Positions 37,132 to 47,288 of a stretch of DNA of 64,000 bases are shown piece after piece. Source of the stretch: Bacteriovoracia bacterium (GTDB lineage: Bacteria > Bdellovibrionota > Bacteriovoracia > Bacteriovoracales > Bacteriovoracaceae); assembly GCA_046570105.1 (NCBI GenBank), contig JBKHVI010000002.1:1-64000 (forward strand), in the 5' to 3' direction. The notes beneath the pieces are model-generated. The model was given only the letters and a program-made list of their open reading frames with translations. It did not search any database and was not told where the DNA came from. Numbering within the stretch: position 1 is the stretch's first letter; each line of letters opens with the position of its first letter. The translations under genes were made by a program, and so were the position numbers.

Positions 37132-38815
37132 CGCCCACCCACTGTTTACCCACACGCTGAATGGCCTGAATTTGGCAGCCCAAGACTGGATTAGTGACAG
37201 CATGACCTTTTTGTCGAAGCGCCAAAAGAGTGGCATCTGGCAATGAAGGATTTTCTACACGAAGCTCTTCTGGCTGCCACTGATGATGGATACGAGTCGC
37301 GGCGACAGCTTCATACAATGGCAAACGAAACTCTAAAACATTCAACATGGTTTGAGCGACACAAGAAATAATTCGTGTGCCTGAAGGAGTACCCAGCGCC
37401 AAGAAGGGTTTACCATCTTTTAAAACCAGTGTCGGACTCATGCTTGAGAGTGGACGCTTTTTTGGAGCAACGAGATTTTTATCGCCACCGATGGCGCCAA
37501 ATAAATTCGATGCTCCAACGGCCTGGGCGAAATCATCCATTTCATTATTCAAAACAATCCCTGTCCCGCGCGCCACCATGCCAGAGCCAAACCAACCATT
37601 GATCGTTTGAGTTGAAACCACAATGTTTTCATCGCGATCGGCCAGAGAGAAGTGAGTCGTTTCAGTTGGACCATCGGGGATTTTCTTTAGAGGGAAAGTG
37701 CTAGAAGGAAGCGCTTTCTCGCCAAAATATTTTTGCATATGCGCGGCATACGCCTTTGAGCTTAATTTTTTTGAAGGAATAGGATTGAAATCCGGATCCC
37801 CCATATATTTCGCACGATCAGCAAAACTGATTTGCATGGCCGTGGCAATTCGATGGATCGATTCAGGATGCTGAGGTCCCCATTGGACTAAGTTTTGTTT
37901 TTCTAAAAGATTGAGGATCTGCACCACATGTGTGCCACCGGAGCTTGGAGGTGGCATAGAGATGATCTCGTAGTTGTGATATTTGCCACGTACCGCTTGG
38001 CGCTCTTTACTGCGATAGCTCTTTAAATCTTCTAAGGAAATAATGCCCCCGCGAGAGCGTACTGTTTGCACAATACTTTTGGCCACTGTTCCTTCGTAAA
38101 ATCCTTTAGGTCCTTCTTTGGCAATTTTGCGAAGTGTTTTTGCCAGATCAGTTTGTTTCAAAAGCTGGCCTTGATAAGGAACAGAGCCGTCTTTTTGAAA
38201 GAAAATTTCTTTCGCATCGAGATCGGCTTTAAGTTGCGGAGATTCTTCTTTAATCGCAGCAATCAAATGCGGATAAACCGGCAGACCTTCTTCGGCCAAA
38301 CGAATCGCTGGCTGCAGCGTTTTGTCCCACGAGAGTTTTCCGAAACGTTTATGAATATCCCAAAGGCCACGGACAAGACCAGGCACAGCGACAGCATGAG
38401 GACCATAAATTGATTTATCGGGATTGGGAGTGCCATCTTTGTTTAAGTACATTTTGCTGTGACTACGCAGTGGTGCGACTTCGCGAAAATCAAACACATG
38501 AGATTTGCCGGTTTTTTTCTCATAAAAAATCAGAAAACCACCGCCGCCAATTCCCGTTGATTGAGGACGTTCAACTGAAATGGCAAATGAGACGGCCACG
38601 GCCGCATCAATAATATTTCCACCTTGGCGAAACATTTCAAAACCGGCCGACGATGAGACCGTGCCTTGAGAAGTGATCATAAAGCCTTGAGACGTGGCCT
38701 CATGCTGACTGCGCTTGTGTCCAGGAAGGAGCGAAGCTGTCCGAAGTGTTTCGTGATGAGTGCCTGAGCAGGCGACTAAAATAAGACTCAAGAGCAATAG
38801 TTTAAACTTATGCAC
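37091..38815 (-). CDS. ggt: Gamma-glutamyltransferase (lipoprotein)
   Basis: Lipobox LVAC; GIGGGGF, PPPSSGG, ETTHFS (Thr nucleophile), NNEMDDF, PLSSMSP, SDPRGEG. Confidence 0.96.
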   Translation of the reverse strand: MHKFKLLLLSLILVACSGTHHETLRTASLLPGHKRSQHEATSQGFMITSQGTVSSSAGFEMFRQGGNIIDAAVAVSFAISVERPQSTGIGGGGFLIFYEKKTGKSHVFDFREVAPLRSHSKMYLNKDGTPNPDKSIYGPHAVAVPGLVRGLWDIHKRFGKLSWDKTLQPAIRLAEEGLPVYPHLIAAIKEESPQLKADLDAKEIFFQKDGSVPYQGQLLKQTDLAKTLRKIAKEGPKGFYEGTVAKSIVQTVRSRGGIISLEDLKSYRSKERQAVRGKYHNYEIISMPPPSSGGTHVVQILNLLEKQNLVQWGPQHPESIHRIATAMQISFADRAKYMGDPDFNPIPSKKLSSKAYAAHMQKYFGEKALPSSTFPLKKIPDGPTETTHFSLADRDENIVVSTQTINGWFGSGMVARGTGIVLNNEMDDFAQAVGASNLFGAIGGDKNLVAPKKRPLSSMSPTLVLKDGKPFLALGTPSGTRIISCVAQTMLNVLEFRLPLYEAVAATRIHHQWQPEELRVENPSLPDATLLALRQKGHAVTNPVLGCQIQAIQRVGKQWVGVSDPRGEGLAVGE

Positions 38816-38882
38816 GACAACTCCTTCCCATGTTAGAATGAAAGCGTTTCATGTTTGGCATGATTTTGTCTAGGAGCGGCGA

Positions 38883-39134
38883 ATGGAACTGCAAGCAGAG
38901 TGGCAAATTGAAGCCACCAGTTTAAAGCGTGATTACAAATTTAAAAATTTTCGTGAAGCCTTGGCCTTTACTAATGCTATCGGGGCAGTCGCCGAAAATC
39001 ACAAACATCATCCGGATATCGAATTGGGCTGGGGATATGTGCGCTTAAAAATTACCACCCACGACAAGGGCAATCAACTCAGTGAAAAAGATTATAAGTT
39101 GGCAAAGGCGATTGATCAGCTCTCACTTGCCTAA
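38883..39134 (+). CDS. phhB: Pterin-4-alpha-carbinolamine dehydratase
   Basis: FKNFREA, HHPDI, TTHD. Confidence 0.92.
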   Translation: MELQAEWQIEATSLKRDYKFKNFREALAFTNAIGAVAENHKHHPDIELGWGYVRLKITTHDKGNQLSEKDYKLAKAIDQLSLA

Positions 39135-39596
39135 CAACTCTAGGCGCACTTGCTTTAAAAATTCTTGCTGTTCAAGCGAGCGACCTAAGAGATAGCTCTC
39201 TGCCGGATCTACCAAAAAAGCTTGCAGGGCCTGCCGGCCCAATAACATTCGAAATTTCATGTCCCGCCGGTTCGCCAAGGTGACTTCAGTCGAATAAATT
39301 TTATCTGCAATCTTGAGATCCACATGAATCACAAAGCGTTCAAGCGATTCACCATTTGAGCTTTTTACTCGGCGACGATCCACCATAGGGGCACTGACTT
39401 CATGGCCCAAAGCAAGTGATCGCTGAACTGGCATCAACAGGAAGCGCACAAAAGGCTGACCTTTCAGCAAGTAAGGCTCGGCATCTAAAGCATGTAAGCT
39501 AGAGGTGCGCGCTCCTGTATCGATTTTTGCTTTGATCGCCGGAATTCCCCATTGAGGAAGTCCCACCCATTCACGCCATCCGAGAGTTAATTTCAT
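39123..39596 (-). CDS. RimK-associated retropepsin-like protease (ATP-dependent zinc protease family)
   Basis: LGWREW, AKIDTGARTSSLHA, VKSSNG, MLLGR. Confidence 0.88.
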   Translation of the reverse strand: MKLTLGWREWVGLPQWGIPAIKAKIDTGARTSSLHALDAEPYLLKGQPFVRFLLMPVQRSLALGHEVSAPMVDRRRVKSSNGESLERFVIHVDLKIADKIYSTEVTLANRRDMKFRMLLGRQALQAFLVDPAESYLLGRSLEQQEFLKQVRLELLGK

Positions 39597-39732
39597 ATTT
39601 TGATTATAGGACCACTTCAAGAATCTCTGCTAGGAAAAAGCCGCAATAGTTGATAAAAACTTGCGCTCTTTTGTAGGCTTGTTACAATAAAAATCAAACA
39701 GGATGTTTTACGTTTAAGACATGAGGTCTCCT

Positions 39733-41385
39733 ATGAAATTTGCACTCCCACTCATACTACTCATTTCAGCTTGCGCCCAAATGAAAGGCCATGTGACTAA
39801 AGGTTCTTCAAAAGAGGCCAAGGTTCAAATGGATAGTGCGGATGTGGTGTGGAGTGATCTTGAAAAATTAGAAGATGATGATACCGAAACGCACGCTTTG
39901 GTTGATACCGTAGCTTCAAATGATCAAATCAGTGCTGCTGTTGGCGGTGATCCTGATCAAGCAGAGGAAGTGGAAGAATCTAGAAGTCAGCGTCCCTTCT
40001 TGAAAAAAATTAAAACCAAGCGTGTGAAGTTCTGGGTCAATTATTTTACTGAGAAACAACGCGATCGTTTTCAGCGCTTTCTTAACAACGGCATGATGTA
40101 TCGCCCGATTATTGAAAAAATCTTGGATGAAGAAGGTCTTCCACGCGAATTATTCTTTGTCGGTTTGATTGAGTCTGGTTACTACCTGGGCGCCCACTCT
40201 CATGCTTCAGCAGTAGGTCCTTGGCAGTTTATTCGTGGAACTGCTCATCGTTATGGCCTTGTGATGAATAGAGATCTTGATGAGCGTCGTGATATTTTTA
40301 AGGCCACACAAGCTGCTGCTCAGTACTTCAAAGACCTGAATAATATCTTCTCATCTTGGGAACTAGCACTTGCTGCTTACAACTCTGGCGAATACGGCAT
40401 GATCCGTCGAATCACCAAATACAAGACACGTGATTATTATCAACTCTCGCGCAACAAACAGATTCCAGCTGAAACTATTAACTATGTTCCAAAAGTTTTA
40501 GCGGCGATGTATGTGGTAGAAAACGCCGCGAAATACGGCTTTAAACTTCCCCAAGAGAATGCCCGTTTCTGGCAGAAAACAAAAACGATTACGGCCCCTA
40601 AAGGCACAAATCTTTCAACATTAAGTAAACGCCTCGGTCTATCATCGACGTTGCTAGTAAAACTAAATCCTGAATTGCGCAGCAAGCGTACACCACGCAC
40701 TTTCCCTGGAAGTTATCAATTACGTATTCCAGCAGACAAACACACCGCCTGGATGGAAACTTTGGTGGCAGAAGAGCCACAAGTCTCTCCCCGCGTGAAA
40801 GAATTAGAAGTTCTACGTGATCGCGTATTAAACCCTGAGCGCCATGTGGCGGCCGTTGCTAAAGTAGCACCGAAAAAGATGGCCCCTCGTGTTCATCGAG
40901 TGAAGCGCGGTGAAACACTTTCCTTAATCGCTGCTCGTAATAATATGACTCTCAAACAGATCGCTCTTATGAATGATATGACGGTTAAGAGCAAAATTCG
41001 TATCGGCCAAATCATTAAGCTTCACAAAGATGATGAAGTGAAAGTCAGAACAGCTGCTAGCAAACGAGTGGTAAAGGTACAAACGAAGCCTCTCGTTTAT
41101 AAATTACAGCGCGGTGAAACACTCACTGACGTCGCACGATGGTTTAATACTTCTGTGGATGCCCTCAAATCAGCGAATAACATTACGAAAGGCCGCCAAC
41201 TTCATGTTGGCCATAAAGTAAAAATCCCCGCCACTCGTCGTGGAACCTATACTGTGCGCCCAGGCGACTACCTCATAAAAATTGCTCAGAAGTTTGGCCT
41301 GAACCAAACTGCTTTAATGAAACTCAACAACCTCAAACGCCAAAGCCTCTATGCCGGCCAGCGTCTGGTGGTTAATCTCGAATAA
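39733..41385 (+). CDS. mltD: MltD-like lytic transglycosylase with LysM repeats (lipoprotein)
   Basis: Lipobox ISAC; IESG, AVGPWQF, LAAYNSG, ETINYVPK; C-terminal LysM repeats. Confidence 0.92.
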   Translation: MKFALPLILLISACAQMKGHVTKGSSKEAKVQMDSADVVWSDLEKLEDDDTETHALVDTVASNDQISAAVGGDPDQAEEVEESRSQRPFLKKIKTKRVKFWVNYFTEKQRDRFQRFLNNGMMYRPIIEKILDEEGLPRELFFVGLIESGYYLGAHSHASAVGPWQFIRGTAHRYGLVMNRDLDERRDIFKATQAAAQYFKDLNNIFSSWELALAAYNSGEYGMIRRITKYKTRDYYQLSRNKQIPAETINYVPKVLAAMYVVENAAKYGFKLPQENARFWQKTKTITAPKGTNLSTLSKRLGLSSTLLVKLNPELRSKRTPRTFPGSYQLRIPADKHTAWMETLVAEEPQVSPRVKELEVLRDRVLNPERHVAAVAKVAPKKMAPRVHRVKRGETLSLIAARNNMTLKQIALMNDMTVKSKIRIGQIIKLHKDDEVKVRTAASKRVVKVQTKPLVYKLQRGETLTDVARWFNTSVDALKSANNITKGRQLHVGHKVKIPATRRGTYTVRPGDYLIKIAQKFGLNQTALMKLNNLKRQSLYAGQRLVVNLE

Positions 41386-42427
41386 ATTCTGGTTCAAAAA
41401 GCTTGAAGACAGCTTTAAGTGGTAAGTGGTCTGACACCTCTGGATGAGGTGTCGTAACCACTTCGGCCCGTATTAGCGGACGATTGGGAGCATGGTAGAT
41501 ATAATCGAGACGTCGATCGGGACGCACACTTGGAAAAGTAAACCAGGTTTCTTCTCTCTGAAGATAGGCGACCGGCGCAACCACTTCTGTTAAAGGCAAA
41601 TCTTCTAAAATTTTATAAGTTTGATCACCTTCGTAAACATCTTTGGGATTACTAAACCCCGAACGCTTCATGGCACCAGCGGGCAGCATATTAAAATCCC
41701 CGCCGATGAAATCTACTGGATGCTTCTTCGTAAAGCGCACTAACTCTCTGGCCTGCTCTTCTTTGGCCGCTTGATCAAAAGCTTCTAAATGCAAATTGAT
41801 TAGTTTTACTTCACGATCAATTAATTTAAGTGTGACCACTTGAAAATAACGGTGCAGATAAAAAAGATTATACCACCAAGCTTGCGAGGTGGGCTTGGCC
41901 AGTAAGTGAACTTCATTTTTTACAATCGGCCAGCGCGACAAAATCGCTCCGCCAGAATTCATACGCCCAAAATGATGAGTTATAGGCGTGAAAGGAAATG
42001 GAATATAATTAGCACGCCAAGACTCAGCTCGGGCCCAGTAGCTATATCCACTCAATCTTGCAAGTTCAGCTAATTGATCCACGTTATGAGAGCGAGAAGA
42101 ATCAAAGTCTATTTCCTGGAGCAAAACCAAATCGGCTTCAGAGGCCTTTATGGTTTCTGCAATTTTGCCAATTGAAGCCTGAAAACTAGCGAGTTCTTTT
42201 GGAGCATATCCATCCGAGCCTTCTGATCCCATTCCAAAACCATACGAGATATTCCAGGTCAAAATACTAAAAGTAGAAGGCCTGACTTCGGGCGTGTTCA
42301 CATTCTCACTCACTCCCATGGGAGCTTCCTGTGTTTTAGCGCCAATTTCCCATGGATATGAGGCCCAAAAGAAGAACAAAACAAACGGCGCTATTACGCT
42401 GGCACAAATCATCCATGTCATTTTCAT
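41372..42427 (-). CDS. Endonuclease/exonuclease/phosphatase family protein with N-terminal anchor
   Basis: TWNI, LQEID, NLHLEA, GGDFN, RLDYI, SDHLP. Confidence 0.9.
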   Translation of the reverse strand: MKMTWMICASVIAPFVLFFFWASYPWEIGAKTQEAPMGVSENVNTPEVRPSTFSILTWNISYGFGMGSEGSDGYAPKELASFQASIGKIAETIKASEADLVLLQEIDFDSSRSHNVDQLAELARLSGYSYWARAESWRANYIPFPFTPITHHFGRMNSGGAILSRWPIVKNEVHLLAKPTSQAWWYNLFYLHRYFQVVTLKLIDREVKLINLHLEAFDQAAKEEQARELVRFTKKHPVDFIGGDFNMLPAGAMKRSGFSNPKDVYEGDQTYKILEDLPLTEVVAPVAYLQREETWFTFPSVRPDRRLDYIYHAPNRPLIRAEVVTTPHPEVSDHLPLKAVFKLFEPEFIRD

Positions 42428-43695
42428 CTCTGTTTTACTCCCGCCAAGAAGACTTGTTCCACAGAACCTGGGAAAGTCACCCCGACAAAGGGATTGTGCT
42501 TCACTTTTGTTTTTAACATTTCTGTCGTTATTTTAATCGGTCGCTTAAGGTTGAGTACAGTCACATTACCTACAAAACCTCTGCTACAGAATCCAAATCC
42601 ATGGCCATAATTTTTAAAGCGCGGCGACCATTCACCAAAACCTTTGAGGAATTGATTGGCAAAACGGCCTGGATTCTCGGCGCACATCAAAGCAATCCGC
42701 TGAGGAGTAAAGCCTTTCTCCTGCAACAGCCACGTAACAAATGCGCCGTAGCTATCAAGGCCCGTGAGCCCGGAAGTTCCTTTCGCTTTTTCTTCGGCAG
42801 TATGTGGGGCATGGTCGGTTGCTAAAAAATCTATATCTCCTACTCGGGCCGCTGCCAGCATGGCATCACGGTCACTCATTTCACGAATAGGAGGATTCAT
42901 CTGAAAAAGGACTTTATCTTTAAGCTGCAATTGGTCTTGTGAAAAATACAAGTGCTGTGGTGTGACTTCACAGCTCACAGTTACGCCCCGTTTTTTAGCT
43001 TCACGAATGAGTGGTAACCCATCACCGGCGCTATAGTGGCAGAGCTTTCCCTGGAGCTTGAACTTTTCAATTAAACGCAAGGCCGTCGCTGTCGCCATCA
43101 CTTCGCATTGTGAAGGTCTGCGCAGATGATGATGGGCCCCGGCCTGATGCCGTTTTAATTCCACCGGATCTTCGCAATGAAAACTGACGTGCTGGCCTGA
43201 GTAGCGCGAGAGCGCGACTTCTAATTGCTGATCATTTTCAAAGAATAACTCGCCTATAGATGGCCCCATATAGACTTTGTAAGGAACCATCTTTTGCAAT
43301 GGCGTAGTTTCAGGACCTATGCCGGCATAAAGCAAAATGGAAATTGGTGCTTTATCGGTTAAGGACATTTTCGCGCGATAAGACGCTTCATCAATGGGTG
43401 GCACGGGATTGTTTGGCATATCGGCCACATGAGTGACGCCGCCATTAAGGGCCGCAGCCGTTGCAGTTAAAAAATCTTCTTTATGCAGATGTTGCCCAGA
43501 AATATCTTCGCGGGCATGAATGTGAATATCTCCCATTCCGGCAAAGGCGAGGCATTCATCCGAAAAGTATTCTACTTGATTTTGTGGAACTCCAAGATCA
43601 CCAAAGTCACTGATGAGGCCAGTCTGAGGGTCAATGGCCATTTGGGCGCGATTGATTTTTTCCGAGGTGGCAAAGACGGCATCAATGATCTTCAT
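42424..43695 (-). CDS. pyrC: Dihydroorotase / cyclic amidohydrolase
   Basis: DIHIHAR, GGVTHVADMPN, FHCED, CEVTPQHL, MNPPIR, ATDHAPH. Confidence 0.8.
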   Translation of the reverse strand: MKIIDAVFATSEKINRAQMAIDPQTGLISDFGDLGVPQNQVEYFSDECLAFAGMGDIHIHAREDISGQHLHKEDFLTATAAALNGGVTHVADMPNNPVPPIDEASYRAKMSLTDKAPISILLYAGIGPETTPLQKMVPYKVYMGPSIGELFFENDQQLEVALSRYSGQHVSFHCEDPVELKRHQAGAHHHLRRPSQCEVMATATALRLIEKFKLQGKLCHYSAGDGLPLIREAKKRGVTVSCEVTPQHLYFSQDQLQLKDKVLFQMNPPIREMSDRDAMLAAARVGDIDFLATDHAPHTAEEKAKGTSGLTGLDSYGAFVTWLLQEKGFTPQRIALMCAENPGRFANQFLKGFGEWSPRFKNYGHGFGFCSRGFVGNVTVLNLKRPIKITTEMLKTKVKHNPFVGVTFPGSVEQVFLAGVKQR

Positions 43696-44450
43696 TGTGC
43701 CGACCGCTGCACAGTTGTAGGACTTCCTTGCGCCGTTGGCATAGTGGTGATCTCATCGATACACACATGGCGTGGTTGCTCCAACATAAACATCATTTGC
43801 CGAGCGACATCAGCTCCGGTTAAAGGTTGCATACCCTGGTAAACATTTTGCGCTTGTTGTTCATCACCTTTGAAGCGTACAACGGAAAACTCTGTCTCTA
43901 CCATTCCCGGAGAGATCTGCATTACGCGCACATTTTGTCCGCAGGTTTCTTCACGTAGCACTTTGGTAAAGGCCCAGACGGCATGTTTGGCGGCACAGTA
44001 GACCGCGCCTCCCGGATAAGTCAGATGGCCCGCGATACTACAAACATTGAGCACGTCTCCTCTTTTACGAGCGAGCATGCCCGGGATGAGTGCATGGGTT
44101 AAATGGAATAAGGCCTTCACATTAACATCCATCATAACATCCCAATCGTGGACACTTGATTTGGCAACGGGATCGCGACCCAGAGCAAGGCCTGCGTTAT
44201 TGATCAAGATATCAAAGTCCAGTCCCCACGTCGTTTTCAAAGTCGCAATGAATTGAGCATCAGTCACATCGTGGACAAGATAATTCGCACCTAAGCGCTC
44301 AGCAATACTTTTTAATTTATCGCCACGACGGGCCACTAAAAATAACTCTGCTCCAGCATGGGCCAATAATTCAGCACAGGCGAGTCCAATTCCTGAAGTG
44401 GCTCCGGTGAGTAAAACTTTTTGAGATTTTAAAGGAGATTGCATGCCCAA
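43692..44450 (-). CDS. SDR oxidoreductase (YdfG-like)
   Basis: TGATSGIG, NNAGLALG, YCAAK, PGMVETEFS. Confidence 0.92.
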   Translation of the reverse strand: MGMQSPLKSQKVLLTGATSGIGLACAELLAHAGAELFLVARRGDKLKSIAERLGANYLVHDVTDAQFIATLKTTWGLDFDILINNAGLALGRDPVAKSSVHDWDVMMDVNVKALFHLTHALIPGMLARKRGDVLNVCSIAGHLTYPGGAVYCAAKHAVWAFTKVLREETCGQNVRVMQISPGMVETEFSVVRFKGDEQQAQNVYQGMQPLTGADVARQMMFMLEQPRHVCIDEITTMPTAQGSPTTVQRSAQ

Positions 44451-44475
44451 AGTTTAGCGGGCCCAAGACAATTGT

Positions 44476-46530
44476 TCAATGACCTAGAATATTCAACGAC
44501 CAAGAGTTTAACACTCCCGTGTCGCCAGAGCGGGCATCAACCATTTTAATCGTCCAGACACCATTGGCATTTTCACCATAGAAGGCATGTGTCGTGAGAA
44601 CCACGTTAAGATTTGCATCTGCTATGCCACCATTGACTGGCAGCAACAATGCATTATTAATATTCAGCAAAATACTCTTTGTTCCACTCGGTGAGGTCAA
44701 TTCCACCCCCACTTGGCCAGAACGTGCATGAGTCACACTCACTCTGACCTGAACACTTTCCACAATTTTACCGTTTCCTAAGTCGAGATCGATCTGGTCA
44801 CTGACTCCTGTACTACTATTGTCGGGAATTGCTAGCGCCAGTCCATTGCGAGCATGCGAGGGGAGAGAAAAGTCAGGATTCGATTCAAACCAGGCCGGGA
44901 GCAAGCTATAACCACTGGCCGCCATCGCTACCGCTGCCTGGGCATTCACACGTCCAAAGCCATACCAGTTATGAAAATCGTATCCAGCGGCATTAGTAAC
45001 CCACCCTTGCTCGTAGACATGTCCTGCTAAATTTAGGGCAGCAATATAATGGGAGCTATTTGCTGCTGTGGCGTGAACTTTATCTGCTGTGACCGCCAGA
45101 ATATGTTTCACATCACGCCAGGTGAGATTAGAGTTCGCCGATAACAACAAAGCGACAACACCGGCGACGTTGGGTGCCGCCGAAGAAGTTCCATTCATCA
45201 TCGAGGTATAATTACAGCTAGGGTTAAACATTTGGAAAATGGCTTCCGTGCTGGAAAAGCGTTCAAACAAATTAAAATCATACATGCCCGTTGAAGATGA
45301 GTAGCCTTGAGAGCAGGTCATTAAATCAGTTGTAACGATAGCCGGATCTTCATCTCCGTCTTCCCCACCGGGAGCGCTTACCCACACATTACTACCAGCA
45401 TTAGAATAACTGGCAGCAAAGCCATCAGCATTCGTCGCACCAGCTAAAATAATAAAAGGCGAATTATTCTCTTCAGGGATATTGGCATTTTGGGGAGCAA
45501 AAACATTTCCGACTCCTGGCACGTTGCCAGAGAAACCAAAATATTCGTTGCCTGCTGATTTAACAAAAATTTGTCCTTTGCCACTTCTACCATTGGTCAC
45601 ACGATCGCGTAGATGAGCGATGTACATGGCATTGTCGATAACATCCATATTGATGCCAGTTCCATAACTATAATTGAAAATATCAAAGTCCCCACTCGCT
45701 TGACTGAGCAACATGCTGGTGGTTTGCATGGAATCGAGAAACTGGAAACCAGCGAGACGCGCTTGGGGAGCAACACCGGTCACACCGATATTGTTCCAAC
45801 CTACTGCTGCGATAATTCCACTAACGGCCGTTCCATGGGCCTCACCGACTGGATTGGGGTTAGCGAGATAGTTGTTTTCATCATCGCCCGTATCATAATT
45901 GCGATGTTCACCTGATAATAAATTTGAGCTTAAATCTTCGTGACTGATCTCTACTCCCGTATCAGAAACAGCTATGCGAACATTCTGTCCAAGATATCCC
46001 AATCGCCACGCAGCTGGCACACGCATATCTTCGTCATCATCTCCGGCATCATTGCCAGAGAAAAAACTTCCGCCATCATTTTCCAGATACCACTGGTAAG
46101 GCCGCAAGAGATCACCACGAACTTGTAACGTGAAACGCGCGACAAAACTTTGCGATGCTTTGGTGGCACGAACTTCAAAATTAGAATAAGTTTTATTTGT
46201 TTCGTTGGGCACACCCGACAACACCACAGACCCACTCACAATCGTTGCATTCAGCCAAGCTGGTGCTGGATTGGAGAAACTGATATTCCATCCACCACCT
46301 GTCAGTCCACTGAGAACTGAGTGAGAATAATTTAGGCCCATAAAGGCATATTGGACAGATGTTGATGATGAAGGAAAATCCCAGCCAGGTGAACTCGTGC
46401 CAGGAATATTGGAACCAGCGCCACCGCCAGTACCACCACTCGATCCACCACCTCCAGCAGAGGGAGTGGTCTGCTCCGCCGGATTGCATCCAGCGAGTAA
46501 CAGTACGAGAATGAAAAAAGTGATTCTCAA
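44476..46530 (-). CDS. Kexin/furin-like S8 serine protease with P-domain (lipoprotein)
   Basis: Lipobox LLAGC after probable TTG 46530 (ORF open to 46596); Gly-rich linker; SDTG, AHGT, SAGN, NGTSSAAP; C-terminal P-domain. Confidence 0.92.
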   Translation of the reverse strand: MRITFFILVLLLAGCNPAEQTTPSAGGGGSSGGTGGGAGSNIPGTSSPGWDFPSSSTSVQYAFMGLNYSHSVLSGLTGGGWNISFSNPAPAWLNATIVSGSVVLSGVPNETNKTYSNFEVRATKASQSFVARFTLQVRGDLLRPYQWYLENDGGSFFSGNDAGDDDEDMRVPAAWRLGYLGQNVRIAVSDTGVEISHEDLSSNLLSGEHRNYDTGDDENNYLANPNPVGEAHGTAVSGIIAAVGWNNIGVTGVAPQARLAGFQFLDSMQTTSMLLSQASGDFDIFNYSYGTGINMDVIDNAMYIAHLRDRVTNGRSGKGQIFVKSAGNEYFGFSGNVPGVGNVFAPQNANIPEENNSPFIILAGATNADGFAASYSNAGSNVWVSAPGGEDGDEDPAIVTTDLMTCSQGYSSSTGMYDFNLFERFSSTEAIFQMFNPSCNYTSMMNGTSSAAPNVAGVVALLLSANSNLTWRDVKHILAVTADKVHATAANSSHYIAALNLAGHVYEQGWVTNAAGYDFHNWYGFGRVNAQAAVAMAASGYSLLPAWFESNPDFSLPSHARNGLALAIPDNSSTGVSDQIDLDLGNGKIVESVQVRVSVTHARSGQVGVELTSPSGTKSILLNINNALLLPVNGGIADANLNVVLTTHAFYGENANGVWTIKMVDARSGDTGVLNSWSLNILGH

Positions 46531-46582
46531 GACAACTTCTCCCTCTCTAATTATCGACTGATTGAGAGTGAAAACTAAGGAA

Positions 46583-47254
46583 TTATTGTTGGACATTTGG
46601 AGAGACTAGAATCTCCCATTCTAAGTGCTTGAAGAGGCCTGTGGCCTTAAGACAACTCATTGATTCTTCGAGCTCATCCTGACTATGAACTTTAAGCAGA
46701 TAGCTCTTAATGGAGGGGAAAGATTCGACCATTTCCACCGGACATTGACTCAAAAATTGGCCAGCAGACTCTAAACTGGCCCCACCCATGGCCTTAATGA
46801 CACCGGTGAAAATTCCTTTCACTCCGTTATCTGTGCGCTCAACGAGAGGGAAACTCACCATATTTGCTGGAAGCTCCGAGCTCGCCACAATCACAAAGCC
46901 GGGTCTTTGACTGATCACTGGAACACCTGGCGGAAGTGCACTTTTCTTCACGGCAACAGCACCTTCAAGCCATTTCCATTCCACTTCATTTTGTACAATC
47001 GGCGTTTTTTCATTCACAAATGCGACTTCTCTGGGCAATTGAATCATTGCCTCTCTGCCACTTTTTCTTTCCACAGGAATGCCCGGTAAGACCCTTTGAG
47101 CGGCCGGTTGGCGCAACGGTGGAGTGTGACTAGCGACAAGAATGGGTGAATGAATATTATCGTTATTTGTCGTGACGTGCGTATTATCTGATGATTTCCA
47201 CCAGGCAACCACAGCGACCAGAATAACAATTGTAATGAGAGCTATGCGCTTCAT
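46583..47254 (-). CDS. Membrane-anchored periplasmic protein; candidate external chaperone of the S8 protease
   Basis: N-terminal TM helix; C-terminal alpha/beta domain starting GVKGIFTGVIKA; directly upstream of the S8 gene. Confidence 0.55.
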   Translation of the reverse strand: MKRIALITIVILVAVVAWWKSSDNTHVTTNNDNIHSPILVASHTPPLRQPAAQRVLPGIPVERKSGREAMIQLPREVAFVNEKTPIVQNEVEWKWLEGAVAVKKSALPPGVPVISQRPGFVIVASSELPANMVSFPLVERTDNGVKGIFTGVIKAMGGASLESAGQFLSQCPVEMVESFPSIKSYLLKVHSQDELEESMSCLKATGLFKHLEWEILVSPNVQQ

Positions 47255-47288
47255 AGAACCCCTATCGGAATTCTAGCATGCCTTTTAA

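Noticed and set aside
46380..46470. Low-complexity CCA-rich repeat
   Set aside because: It encodes the Gly-rich linker of the S8 lipoprotein.
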